Below, in pieces: positions 40,684 to 48,351 of a DNA stretch of 64,000 nucleotides. The notes beneath the pieces are model-generated. The model was not told the origin of the DNA and made no database searches. It saw only the letters and a list, made by a program, of their open reading frames with translations. Position numbers and translations under genes: made by a program. The stretch spans positions 3,516-67,515 of the forward strand of contig JAVCCL010000019.1 of assembly GCA_030765505.1 (NCBI GenBank), given 5' to 3'. Within the stretch, counting starts at the first letter, position 1, and each line of letters begins with the position of its first letter. This DNA is from Candidatus Kaelpia imicola. GTDB taxonomy: Bacteria; Omnitrophota; Gorgyraeia; Kaelpiales; Kaelpiaceae.

Positions 40684-41324
40684 ATCTTCTTATCTCTTTT
40701 GGTCCCCTTAAAGCATATATTGATGATGTCCGCTGCATAACTAATAACTCTAGCGGTATTATGGGCTATAGTCTTGCCAGAGAAGCTCTGCGGCGTAAAT
40801 ATAATGTAAAGGCTGTAGCAGGACCGACAAATTTGCAGCCGCTTAAAGGGTTAAAAGATTGGCTTGGAGTTGAAAGCTATTCTGACCTTAAAAAGGCGAT
40901 GGAGAGGGAGTTTCAATGGGCGGATATTATTATTATGGGCACTGCTGTCTGCGACTTTGTACCCCTTAGAAAGAAGAGCGGTAAGATTAAAAGATCTAAT
41001 GCGGGTTTAAACTTGCAGCTAAAATCGACCAGCAGTATAATAGGCTCCCTTTCTAAAAAGAGAGGACGTAAGAGGAAGCTTTTGGTTGGGTTCTCTCTGG
41101 AGAGTGAACATTTTATAGCCCGTGCTATTGATAAACGCAGCAGAGATGATTTAGATATGACCTTGGCGTTTTATCTAAATAAAGATAGTATGCCTTACGG
41201 GGATAATCATTGTGAGCCTGCATTGGTAGCAAGAGACTTTATAATTAAAATGCCTGTTCTAAGTAAAGCTGTTTTAGCAGGATATGTATTAGATGTTTTA
41301 GATAAGCTTAGTATGAAAAAATAA
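40680..41324 (+). CDS. coaB: Phosphopantothenate--cysteine ligase (CoaB domain as a separate gene)
   Basis: ITNNSSGIMGYSLAREA...VAGPT...WADIIIMGTAVCDF matches the Dfp C-terminal (DFP/CoaB) domain. Confidence 0.8.
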   Translation: MNLLISFGPLKAYIDDVRCITNNSSGIMGYSLAREALRRKYNVKAVAGPTNLQPLKGLKDWLGVESYSDLKKAMEREFQWADIIIMGTAVCDFVPLRKKSGKIKRSNAGLNLQLKSTSSIIGSLSKKRGRKRKLLVGFSLESEHFIARAIDKRSRDDLDMTLAFYLNKDSMPYGDNHCEPALVARDFIIKMPVLSKAVLAGYVLDVLDKLSMKK

Positions 41325-41325
41325 T

Positions 41326-41400
41326 GGCGGCGTAGCCAAGTAGAAAGGCAGTGGTCTGCAAAACCACCATTCAGCGGTGCAAATCCGCTCGCCGCCTCCA
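41326..41400 (+). tRNA. tRNA-Cys (anticodon GCA)
   Basis: GGCGGCG acceptor pairs with CGCCGCC, anticodon loop TCTGCAAAA, T-loop GTGCAAATCC, encoded CCA. Begins 2 nt after the coaB stop. Coordinates by eye (+/-2). Confidence 0.85.
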
Positions 41401-41482
41401 GGATAATTGAGATAGAGCCTGCAGGTGACAAATAGGGCTTTATTTGATACCATATTTAATTAAGTGAGCTAAGATGAATTTT

Positions 41483-41568
41483 GCCGGGATGGCGGAATTG
41501 GCAGACGCATCGGACTTAAAATCCGATGTTCCGTGAGGGACGTGCCGGTTCAAGTCCGGCTCCCGGCA
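41483..41568 (+). tRNA. tRNA-Leu (anticodon UAA), class II with a long variable arm
   Basis: GCCGGGA acceptor pairs with TCCCGGC, anticodon loop ACTTAAAAT, long variable arm, T-loop GTTCAAGTCC. Overlaps a spurious track ORF (41526..41726). Confidence 0.85.
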
Positions 41569-41637
41569 TGTTAATCCCCCAAGAGTCAAAATTAATCTTT
41601 CTTTTATATGTACATCTTAAACATTTTTTAAAACAAT

Positions 41638-41666
41638 TTGACAACATTGCAATCCTGTGGTATATT
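41638..41666 (+). promoter_or_regulatory. Near-consensus sigma70 promoter: TTGACA, 17-nt spacer, TATATT
   Basis: Read directly, about 55 nt upstream of the 41723 CDS, which has a GGAGG RBS. Confidence 0.5.
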
Positions 41667-41722
41667 TTCTACATGTTGAAGCGAAAAGGAAGAATTAACT
41701 GTCAAAATAAGGAGGTAGCAAG

Positions 41723-42181
41723 ATGAAGAAGTTAGTTTTGTTTGGTCTGGTAGTTGGATTGCTTGGAATCACACCTTTGTTTGCAGCAGTAATAGAAGAG
41801 GGGCCAGCTTGTTTAAGTACTGGGAATATTGTGCCATTCAAAACCGGTTCTCTGGTAGAATATATGAGAAGTAAGCTGGAGCCAGTAAGTTTAGAGAGAA
41901 TAGAGGAAATAAAAACAGCATTAAAAGTGAAAAAACAATTAGAGCCCTATAAAATGGATATAGGAGTAGAGCCGATAAGAGGGTTGCTCTCACATTATAT
42001 TAGCTATAGAGATTCATTGAATTCAGAAGATACGCTGCCAATGAATACTTTCAATATAATAATGGCGAAATTATTTCTTGGATTACCGTTAAATCCTGAT
42101 GATTTAGGTAGATATATAATGGATCTAGGTTTTAAGCCAAGAGATGAACAGATAGTTGGAGGTTTAGAGCTGACAGAGTAA
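41723..42181 (+). CDS. Small secreted hypothetical protein (152 aa)
   Basis: Signal peptide MKKLVLFGLVVGLLGITPLFAAV. No recognisable domain. Bracketed by a strong promoter and an intrinsic terminator. Confidence 0.5.
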   Translation: MKKLVLFGLVVGLLGITPLFAAVIEEGPACLSTGNIVPFKTGSLVEYMRSKLEPVSLERIEEIKTALKVKKQLEPYKMDIGVEPIRGLLSHYISYRDSLNSEDTLPMNTFNIIMAKLFLGLPLNPDDLGRYIMDLGFKPRDEQIVGGLELTE

Positions 42182-42211
42182 GAAAGCAAACAATATCTTT
42201 GTTAGATTAAA

Positions 42212-42242
42212 AGTCCGTTAATTTTTTAGCGGACTTTTTTTA
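42212..42242 (+). terminator. Rho-independent terminator (AGTCCG stem, 12-nt loop, CGGACT, then a T7-8 tract)
   Basis: Read directly, 30 nt after the 42181 stop. Confidence 0.6.
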
Positions 42243-42406
42243 ATTTAAACTTTCTAAATACTGTAAGTATTAATAACAAGGAATAGATTGTTGTTATCAG
42301 GGGTATACAGTTTGTCTGAGTATTACAAGTGAATAGGCTTTCTTTTTTCTTAAATTTATACTAAAATACCTTTCAAAATAAGATTTGCGTTATACTAGTA
42401 TATATT

Positions 42407-42483
42407 GGGCGGTTAGCTCAGTTGGCTAGAGCGCCACGTTGACATCGTGGAGGTCACAGGTTCAAGTCCTGTACCGCCCACCA
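42407..42483 (+). tRNA. tRNA-Val (anticodon GAC)
   Basis: GGGCGGT acceptor pairs with ACCGCCC, D-loop AGCTCAGTTGGCTAGAGC, anticodon loop CGTTGACAT, T-loop GGTTCAAGTCC, encoded CCA. Confidence 0.85.
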
Positions 42484-42515
42484 TATTGGGAAAGGATAGA
42501 AAAGTTATAAATATT

Positions 42516-44237
42516 ATGGAAGAGAAGCTTTTAAAAATTCGCCACAGCAGTGCCCATATAATGGCTGATGCCGTGCAGCAGTTATTTCCGGCTGCCAAGC
42601 TGGGCATCGGTCCGGCCATTGAAAATGGGTTCTATTATGATTTTGATTTAGAGCATAGATTGACTCCGGAGGATCTTGAAAAGATTGAGAGAAAGATGAA
42701 AGAGATTATAAATAACAATTATCTTTTTACGCAGAGTTCTCTATCTAAAGAGGAAGCCCAAAAACTATTTAAAGACAGAGGGGAAGATTACAAGCTGGAG
42801 CTATTAGGTGAGCTGGAAGACAGCGAGATAACTATCTATAGACATGGAGACTTTAGCGACCTTTGCAAGGGTCCTCACGTTAAAAGTACATCTGAGCTAA
42901 AAGCATTTAAGCTGCTTTCAATAGCGGGTGCTTACTGGAGAGGAGAAGAATCTAATAAGATGCTGCAGCGTATATATGGTGCTGCTTTTGCAACTAGAGA
43001 GGAGCTGGAAGAATATCTTGAGAGATTAAAACAGGCTGAAGCCAGAGACCATCGTAAGCTGGGCAGAGAGCTCAAGCTTTTTACCTTTTTTCCTCAAGCC
43101 GGGGCCGGGCTTGTTTTCTATCTTCCTAAAGGGTGGATATTAAAAAAGACAATAGAAGACTATGTATTTAAAAAACATATTCAGGCAGGGTATAAGATTA
43201 TTCAAACCCCCCAAATATTAAAAGCTGATATTTGGAAGCAGTCCGGGCATTATGATTATTACAAAGAGCATATGTATATATTCCAAAGCGATGGAGTGGA
43301 ATATGCAATTAAACCGATGAACTGTCCGGGTCATATAATGATATATCAGTCACAGCGGCATAGCTATAGGGAGCTACCGCTTCGCTTCTTTGAAGCAGGG
43401 ACAGTATATAGACATGAGAAGACCGGAGTTTTACATGGTCTGCTGCGCGTACGGGGTTTTACCCAGGATGATGCTCATATTTTCTGTCGGGAGGATCAGC
43501 TTGAAAATGAGATAGAGACTGTTATCAAATTTACGCAGGATATTATGCTGGACTTTGGGTTTGAAGAGTTCAAAATAGAACTCAGCACCCGCCCTAAAGA
43601 TTCAATCGGCACAGATGAGCAGTGGCAGAAAGCCACCGTTGCTCTTGAAAATCCGCTTAAAGGGATGGGTCTTGATTATGAAACTTGTGCTGAAGAGGGT
43701 GCGTTCTATGGTCCTAAGATAGATATCAAACTTAAAGATGCTATAGGCAGGTTATGGCAATGTGCTACTATTCAATGCGATTTTGCAGGGCCGGAAAGAT
43801 TTGATCTAACTTATATCGGAGAGGACGGGGGAGAGCATTGTACTATAATGCTGCATAGAGCCATTCTTGGAAGCTTGGAACGTTTTATCGGTACTTTAAT
43901 AGAGCATTACGGCGGGGATTTTCCTCTCTGGTTAGCCCCGGAACAGGTAAGGCTGCTGCCGGTCTCTAAAAAATTTCTTGCATATATGGTAAAATTGGAG
44001 AGAATATTAGAACAACAAGGAATAAGAGTTACAATAGATTCCAGGCCTGAAACGCTTGGTTATAAGATAAGAGAAGCAGAGATAGAGAAGATCCCGTATA
44101 TCTTAGTAGCCGGAGGGAGAGAGGAGGCTACCGGAGCAGTTTCAGTGCGGTCTCGTAAGGGAAAAGAGGAGAGTACTATGGAGATGGATATGTTAATAAC
44201 TAAATTAAAGGAAGAGATAGGTGGCAAAAACTTATAA
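42516..44237 (+). CDS. thrS: Threonine--tRNA ligase (short form lacking the N-terminal TGS domain)
   Basis: The track ORF starts at 42447, inside tRNA-Val. I place the start at MEEKLLKIRHSSAHIMADA (about 42516). Class II core motifs and a C-terminal anticodon-binding domain are present. About 573 aa. Confidence 0.9.
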   Translation: MEEKLLKIRHSSAHIMADAVQQLFPAAKLGIGPAIENGFYYDFDLEHRLTPEDLEKIERKMKEIINNNYLFTQSSLSKEEAQKLFKDRGEDYKLELLGELEDSEITIYRHGDFSDLCKGPHVKSTSELKAFKLLSIAGAYWRGEESNKMLQRIYGAAFATREELEEYLERLKQAEARDHRKLGRELKLFTFFPQAGAGLVFYLPKGWILKKTIEDYVFKKHIQAGYKIIQTPQILKADIWKQSGHYDYYKEHMYIFQSDGVEYAIKPMNCPGHIMIYQSQRHSYRELPLRFFEAGTVYRHEKTGVLHGLLRVRGFTQDDAHIFCREDQLENEIETVIKFTQDIMLDFGFEEFKIELSTRPKDSIGTDEQWQKATVALENPLKGMGLDYETCAEEGAFYGPKIDIKLKDAIGRLWQCATIQCDFAGPERFDLTYIGEDGGEHCTIMLHRAILGSLERFIGTLIEHYGGDFPLWLAPEQVRLLPVSKKFLAYMVKLERILEQQGIRVTIDSRPETLGYKIREAEIEKIPYILVAGGREEATGAVSVRSRKGKEESTMEMDMLITKLKEEIGGKNL

Positions 44238-44769
44238 TAATAGAAATTTTAATAACAGAAGGCGTATCAGGATAAACATTAATAGGTTTATTAGAGCAGA
44301 GCGAATACGGGTTATAGATTCGGATGGAACGCAGATTGGTATCGTGCCTTTAGAAGAGGGGCTGAAGATTGCTCAGCAGAGAGAGTTAGATTTAGTAGAG
44401 ATTTCAGCAGGGGCTTCACCGCCGGTCTGCAGAGTAATGGATTTTAACAAATATAAATATCAACAAGAGAAGAGGGCCAAAGAGGCCAAAAAGAGACAGA
44501 AACAGGTGCATTTTAAAGAGGTTAGATTTAAACCCAGGATAGAAGAGCATGACTATCAGGTTATTCTTAAAAGAGTCCGTAAATTTTTAGAACGGGGAGA
44601 TCGTGTTCGAATAAGAGTTTTCTTTAGAGGAAGAGAGATGGCCCATCCTGAGTTAGGCGATAATGTGATGAAAAAATTACTTGGCGATATTGAAGATATA
44701 ACAACCGTAGAGAAACCGCCTTCTCGCGAAGGTAGGTATCTGATAACTATTTTATTTCCGAAGCATTAG
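44221..44769 (+). CDS. infC: Translation initiation factor IF-3
   Basis: ...IRVIDSDGTQIGIVPLEEGLKIAQQRELDLVEIS, with N- and C-domains. Non-ATG (GTG) start that overlaps the thrS end. Exact start uncertain, as is usual for infC. Confidence 0.85.
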   Translation: MAKTYNNRNFNNRRRIRININRFIRAERIRVIDSDGTQIGIVPLEEGLKIAQQRELDLVEISAGASPPVCRVMDFNKYKYQQEKRAKEAKKRQKQVHFKEVRFKPRIEEHDYQVILKRVRKFLERGDRVRIRVFFRGREMAHPELGDNVMKKLLGDIEDITTVEKPPSREGRYLITILFPKH

Positions 44770-44779
44770 GAGACTTACG

Positions 44780-44977
44780 ATGCCTAAAATGAAAACAAAG
44801 AAGGCAGTTAAGAAAAGAATTAGACTAACCGGGGGAGGAAAGCTTAAAAGGGCTAAAGCTGGTAAGAGTCATCTTATGAGAAAGAAGCGCTCCAAGAGGC
44901 GGTTATCTTTGAAAGAAGGCTCTTATGTGAGTGATGCCGAAGCTAAAAAAGTGAAAAAGATGCTCCCGTATGGTTGA
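44780..44977 (+). CDS. rpmI: 50S ribosomal protein L35
   Basis: MPKMKTKKAVKKRIRLTGGGKLKRAKAGKSHL matches the L35 consensus. Confidence 0.9.
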   Translation: MPKMKTKKAVKKRIRLTGGGKLKRAKAGKSHLMRKKRSKRRLSLKEGSYVSDAEAKKVKKMLPYG

Positions 44978-44999
44978 AGTTAAAAGGAGGTAGTAAATT

Positions 45000-45356
45000 A
45001 TGGTAAGAGTAAAACGTGCGCCTGCCAGAAAAAAAAGGCACAATAAAATTTTAAAGATGGCCAAAGGCTATCGCGGCGGACGCGGGAAACTTTACAGAAC
45101 AGCGCTGGAGACTGTCAGAAGGGCTCTGGTCTATAGCTATAGAGACAGAAAAGTAAGAAAAAGAATATTTCGCAGGCTCTGGATAAATAGAGTATCGATA
45201 GCCTGTAAGAACGAAGATTTTTCTTACAGTAAGCTGATTAATGGTTTAACTAAAGCAGGGGTACAGCTTAACAGAAAACAGCTATCAGAGATGGCTCTAG
45301 ATGATAGGGAAGGTTTCAGGCAGATAGTCTCCTTAGCCAGAGAACATATTGGCTGA
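45000..45356 (+). CDS. rplT: 50S ribosomal protein L20
   Basis: MVRVKRAPARKKRHNKILKMAKGYRGGRG... is canonical L20. Conserved infC-rpmI-rplT operon. Confidence 0.9.
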   Translation: MVRVKRAPARKKRHNKILKMAKGYRGGRGKLYRTALETVRRALVYSYRDRKVRKRIFRRLWINRVSIACKNEDFSYSKLINGLTKAGVQLNRKQLSEMALDDREGFRQIVSLAREHIG

Positions 45357-46654
45357 TGCAGATAAAACCTGCAAGGATAATAATTCTCAGCTTTCTCTCA
45401 GTCATAATTGCAGGGACATTATTGTTTCTGTTGCCTGCCTCAACCTCTCAGCAGATATCCCTTATCGATGCTCTCTTTACAGCGACTTCTGCAACCTGTG
45501 TTACAGGGCTTATTGTTAATGATACCGGTTCTTTTTTTACTCCTTTAGGGCAGGGTATTATTATGCTGCTTTTTCAACTCGGCGGACTGGGTATTATGAC
45601 TTTCTCTACAATATTTGCTCTTATGCTGGGTAGGCGTATAACGATCACAGGACGTAAGACTCTCTCTCTGGCTTTTGAAAATATAGAGTTTGACATTAAA
45701 CTGCTTCTCAAGGGTATCATTGTCTTTACTATATTAATAGAGCTGCTGGGGGCCTGCCTGTTTAAGCTGTTCTTGCCCGGGATAGGAGTATTTAGTGCTC
45801 TCTTCCATTCTACGTCAGCATTCTGCAATGCTGGTTTCTCTCTTTTTGAGACAAGTTTTCAAAAGTTCCGCTCTTCGGAAAGCATCAATATTCTGATGAC
45901 AACTTTAATTATTGCCGGCGGTCTTGGTTTTTTGGTACTCTTTGACCTTGCGTGTTGGGCGAAGGGCAAAATTTTAAAGAGGGAAAGCAGATTAACTTTA
46001 CATAGCAAGATTGTTATTGCCGTAAGTCTGATATTGATTCTTACAGGTATCTCTTTTCTTTTCATAGCCGAAGGAGATCATCTTTTTTCAGAATATTCTT
46101 TTTCCGAAAAATGTTTTGCTTCTTATTTTCAATCTGTTACAGCGCGTACAGCAGGTTTTAATACAGTAGAGATTGGAAGTCTTCAAAAAAGCTCCAAGTT
46201 AATGCTCGGTGCTCTTATGTTTATCGGGGCTTCTCCGGGTTCTACCGGAGGGGGAATAAAAACGGTTACTTTTGCTCTGATTGTCTTAGGGCTCATAGCA
46301 CTGCTTAGAGGAAGCGCACAGATAAGAATTGCAAAACGCGCTATATCAATGCAGGTTTTTGAGAAGGCAATTGTAATCTTTGTCTTAAGTGTTGTCTGGA
46401 TTTTTTTTGCAACTACGATACTCTCTATAACAGAGAGTAGGAGTTTTCTAGATGTGCTGTTTGAGGTTGTCTCTGCTTTTGGAACAGTAGGGCTCTCCTG
46501 CGGTATTACTGCTGGTTTGACCACAGTAGGCAAATTGATTATAATTTTAACTATGTTTTTCGGAAGGATTGGCCCAATGACTTTGGCTATTGCTCTCGCA
46601 AGGTGCGAGGAAGTGGATTTTAAACTTCCGGAAGAGAATGTCATGGTCGGCTAA
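45356..46654 (+). CDS. Trk/Ktr-family potassium transporter membrane subunit (TrkH/KtrB)
   Basis: Multiple pore-loop repeats with GxG-type selectivity motifs (TATCVTGL, NAGFS, TAGFNT, GSTGGGIKT, GTVGLS). 432 aa. Confidence 0.8.
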   Translation: MQIKPARIIILSFLSVIIAGTLLFLLPASTSQQISLIDALFTATSATCVTGLIVNDTGSFFTPLGQGIIMLLFQLGGLGIMTFSTIFALMLGRRITITGRKTLSLAFENIEFDIKLLLKGIIVFTILIELLGACLFKLFLPGIGVFSALFHSTSAFCNAGFSLFETSFQKFRSSESINILMTTLIIAGGLGFLVLFDLACWAKGKILKRESRLTLHSKIVIAVSLILILTGISFLFIAEGDHLFSEYSFSEKCFASYFQSVTARTAGFNTVEIGSLQKSSKLMLGALMFIGASPGSTGGGIKTVTFALIVLGLIALLRGSAQIRIAKRAISMQVFEKAIVIFVLSVVWIFFATTILSITESRSFLDVLFEVVSAFGTVGLSCGITAGLTTVGKLIIILTMFFGRIGPMTLAIALARCEEVDFKLPEENVMVG

Positions 46655-46675
46655 GTTGACTATATAACTAGGAGA

Positions 46676-47338
46676 TTGGTAATTATGAGACAGTATGCTG
46701 TGATAGGGCTTGGTAAGTTTGGCCGAAGCGTTGCTCTGACTCTTCTTGAAGATGGTGAAGAGGTAATAGGTATTGATTCCAATGAAGAGGTTGTAAAACA
46801 GCTTGCAGATAGACTGACGAATACTGTTGCAGTTGATGCTGCCAGCGAGAAAGCACTTACAAAATTAGGCATTCAGGATGTCGATGTTGCAATTGTCTCC
46901 GTTGGAAGTGATTTTGAGGCTAGCATCTTAATTACCCTTCTTCTAAAAGAGCTGGGCATTAAAGAGATTGTAGTCAAAGCAAACTTAGAAGGACAGGTAA
47001 AAGTTTTGGAGAAAATAGGGGCTACCAGAGTTATTCAGCCCGAGAGAGATATGGGTATACGGCTTGCAAAATCACTATCCTCTCCGCGTATCATAGACCA
47101 TATTGAACTCTCCAGCGATTATAGCCTTTTAGAGATGTCTCCTCCCGAGGATTTTGTCGGTAAATCTTTAGGTGAACTGGATATCAGGGCACGGCACGGC
47201 TTGAATGTTATTGCGCTTAAACATGAAGGAGGCGAAGTAGATATATCTCCTCAGGCAGATCATTTGATAAAGAGAGGAGATCTCCTTGTGGTTATAGGTC
47301 AGAATGCTGATATAGAGAAGGTTAAGAAGAAAGCATGA
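46676..47338 (+). CDS. Trk/Ktr potassium uptake regulatory subunit (RCK/TrkA-N plus TrkA-C)
   Basis: NAD-binding Rossmann motif AVIGLGKFGRSVA and a C-terminal RCK_C domain. Confidence 0.8.
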   Translation: MVIMRQYAVIGLGKFGRSVALTLLEDGEEVIGIDSNEEVVKQLADRLTNTVAVDAASEKALTKLGIQDVDVAIVSVGSDFEASILITLLLKELGIKEIVVKANLEGQVKVLEKIGATRVIQPERDMGIRLAKSLSSPRIIDHIELSSDYSLLEMSPPEDFVGKSLGELDIRARHGLNVIALKHEGGEVDISPQADHLIKRGDLLVVIGQNADIEKVKKKA

Positions 47339-48351
47339 ATATAGAAGATCTCAGAGAGTTATATCAGGAGGCAGAGCTTAATCTTAATGAGGTTATAGAC
47401 TTAAAAACCCTTGAAGAGGTAAATAACACCTATCTGGGCCGCAAGGGTAAGATAGCAGAGATTATCAAAAAGATTCCAGCTTTGCCGGAGAAAGAGAGGC
47501 CGCTTATCGGTAAAGAGGTCAATGTTCTTAAAAATCGTATTAGTAAAATTATCCGGGAAAAAGAGATTAACATTAAAGACAATCAGCCTACAGAGGTTAA
47601 AATAGATGTTACATTACCGGGAAGCAAGTTTGAATCCGGAACTCTTCATCCGATTACTCTTACAATACGAGAGATAGTCAAAATCTTTAAACATATAGGT
47701 TTTAGCTCGATAGACGGCCCGGAGATAGAGACAGACTACTTTAATTTTCAGGCTTTAAATATCCCCCAAGATCATCCGGCCCGGGATAGCTTTGCTACTT
47801 TTTACCTCTCTGACCGTAAATATCTTTTGCGGTCTCAGACCTCGCCTGTTCAGGTTAGAGTGATGCAGAAAGTTAAACCGCCTCTAAGAGTGTTATCTCC
47901 AGGAAAAGTTTTTAGACCCGATAACCTCGATGCCAGCCATTCTTTTATGTTTCATCAGATAGAGGGGCTGGTTGTAGATAGAGAGACTAACTTCTCACAT
48001 CTTAAAGCCTCTTTGGGGTATTTTATAAAAGAGTTTTTTGGCCCTGAGACTAAGATGAGGTTTAGGCCCCATTACTTTCCTTTTACCGAACCTTCCGCAG
48101 AGGTTGATATCTCCTGTATTATCTGCGGCGGGGAAGGTTGCTCTGTATGCGGGCGGAAAGGTTGGCTGGAGATACTTGGAGCCGGAATGGTCCACCCCAA
48201 CGTGTTCAAAGAGGTCGGTATTAACTCAGAAATTTTTCAGGGTTATGCATTTGGTATGGGTATAGAACGGATAGCGATGTTAAAGTATGGTATAAATGAT
48301 ATAAGGATATTTTTTAACAATGACATCAGGTTTCTGGAGCAGTTTTCATGA
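47335..48351 (+). CDS. pheS: Phenylalanine--tRNA ligase alpha subunit
   Basis: Class II motifs (FRPHYFPFTEPSAEVDI, the GAGMVHP C-terminal region). 338 aa. Overlaps trkA and pheT ends by 4 nt. Confidence 0.95.
   Translation: MNIEDLRELYQEAELNLNEVIDLKTLEEVNNTYLGRKGKIAEIIKKIPALPEKERPLIGKEVNVLKNRISKIIREKEINIKDNQPTEVKIDVTLPGSKFESGTLHPITLTIREIVKIFKHIGFSSIDGPEIETDYFNFQALNIPQDHPARDSFATFYLSDRKYLLRSQTSPVQVRVMQKVKPPLRVLSPGKVFRPDNLDASHSFMFHQIEGLVVDRETNFSHLKASLGYFIKEFFGPETKMRFRPHYFPFTEPSAEVDISCIICGGEGCSVCGRKGWLEILGAGMVHPNVFKEVGINSEIFQGYAFGMGIERIAMLKYGINDIRIFFNNDIRFLEQFS

Noticed and set aside
41526-41726. 66-aa ORF overlapping tRNA-Leu and the promoter region
   Set aside because: It starts inside the tRNA-Leu structure. 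The region is better explained by the tRNA plus a sigma70 promoter for the 41723 gene.
42447-42515. Track start of thrS at 42447 (MEVTGSSPVPP...)
   Set aside because: Those first 23 codons are the 3' half of tRNA-Val read in-frame. The genuine start is the ATG at about 42516 (MEEKLL...).
46183-46644. 153-aa minus-strand ORF within trkH (also 45574..45828 and 45859..46065)
   Set aside because: Antisense to a well-supported Trk/Ktr pore-subunit gene, with no independent signals.
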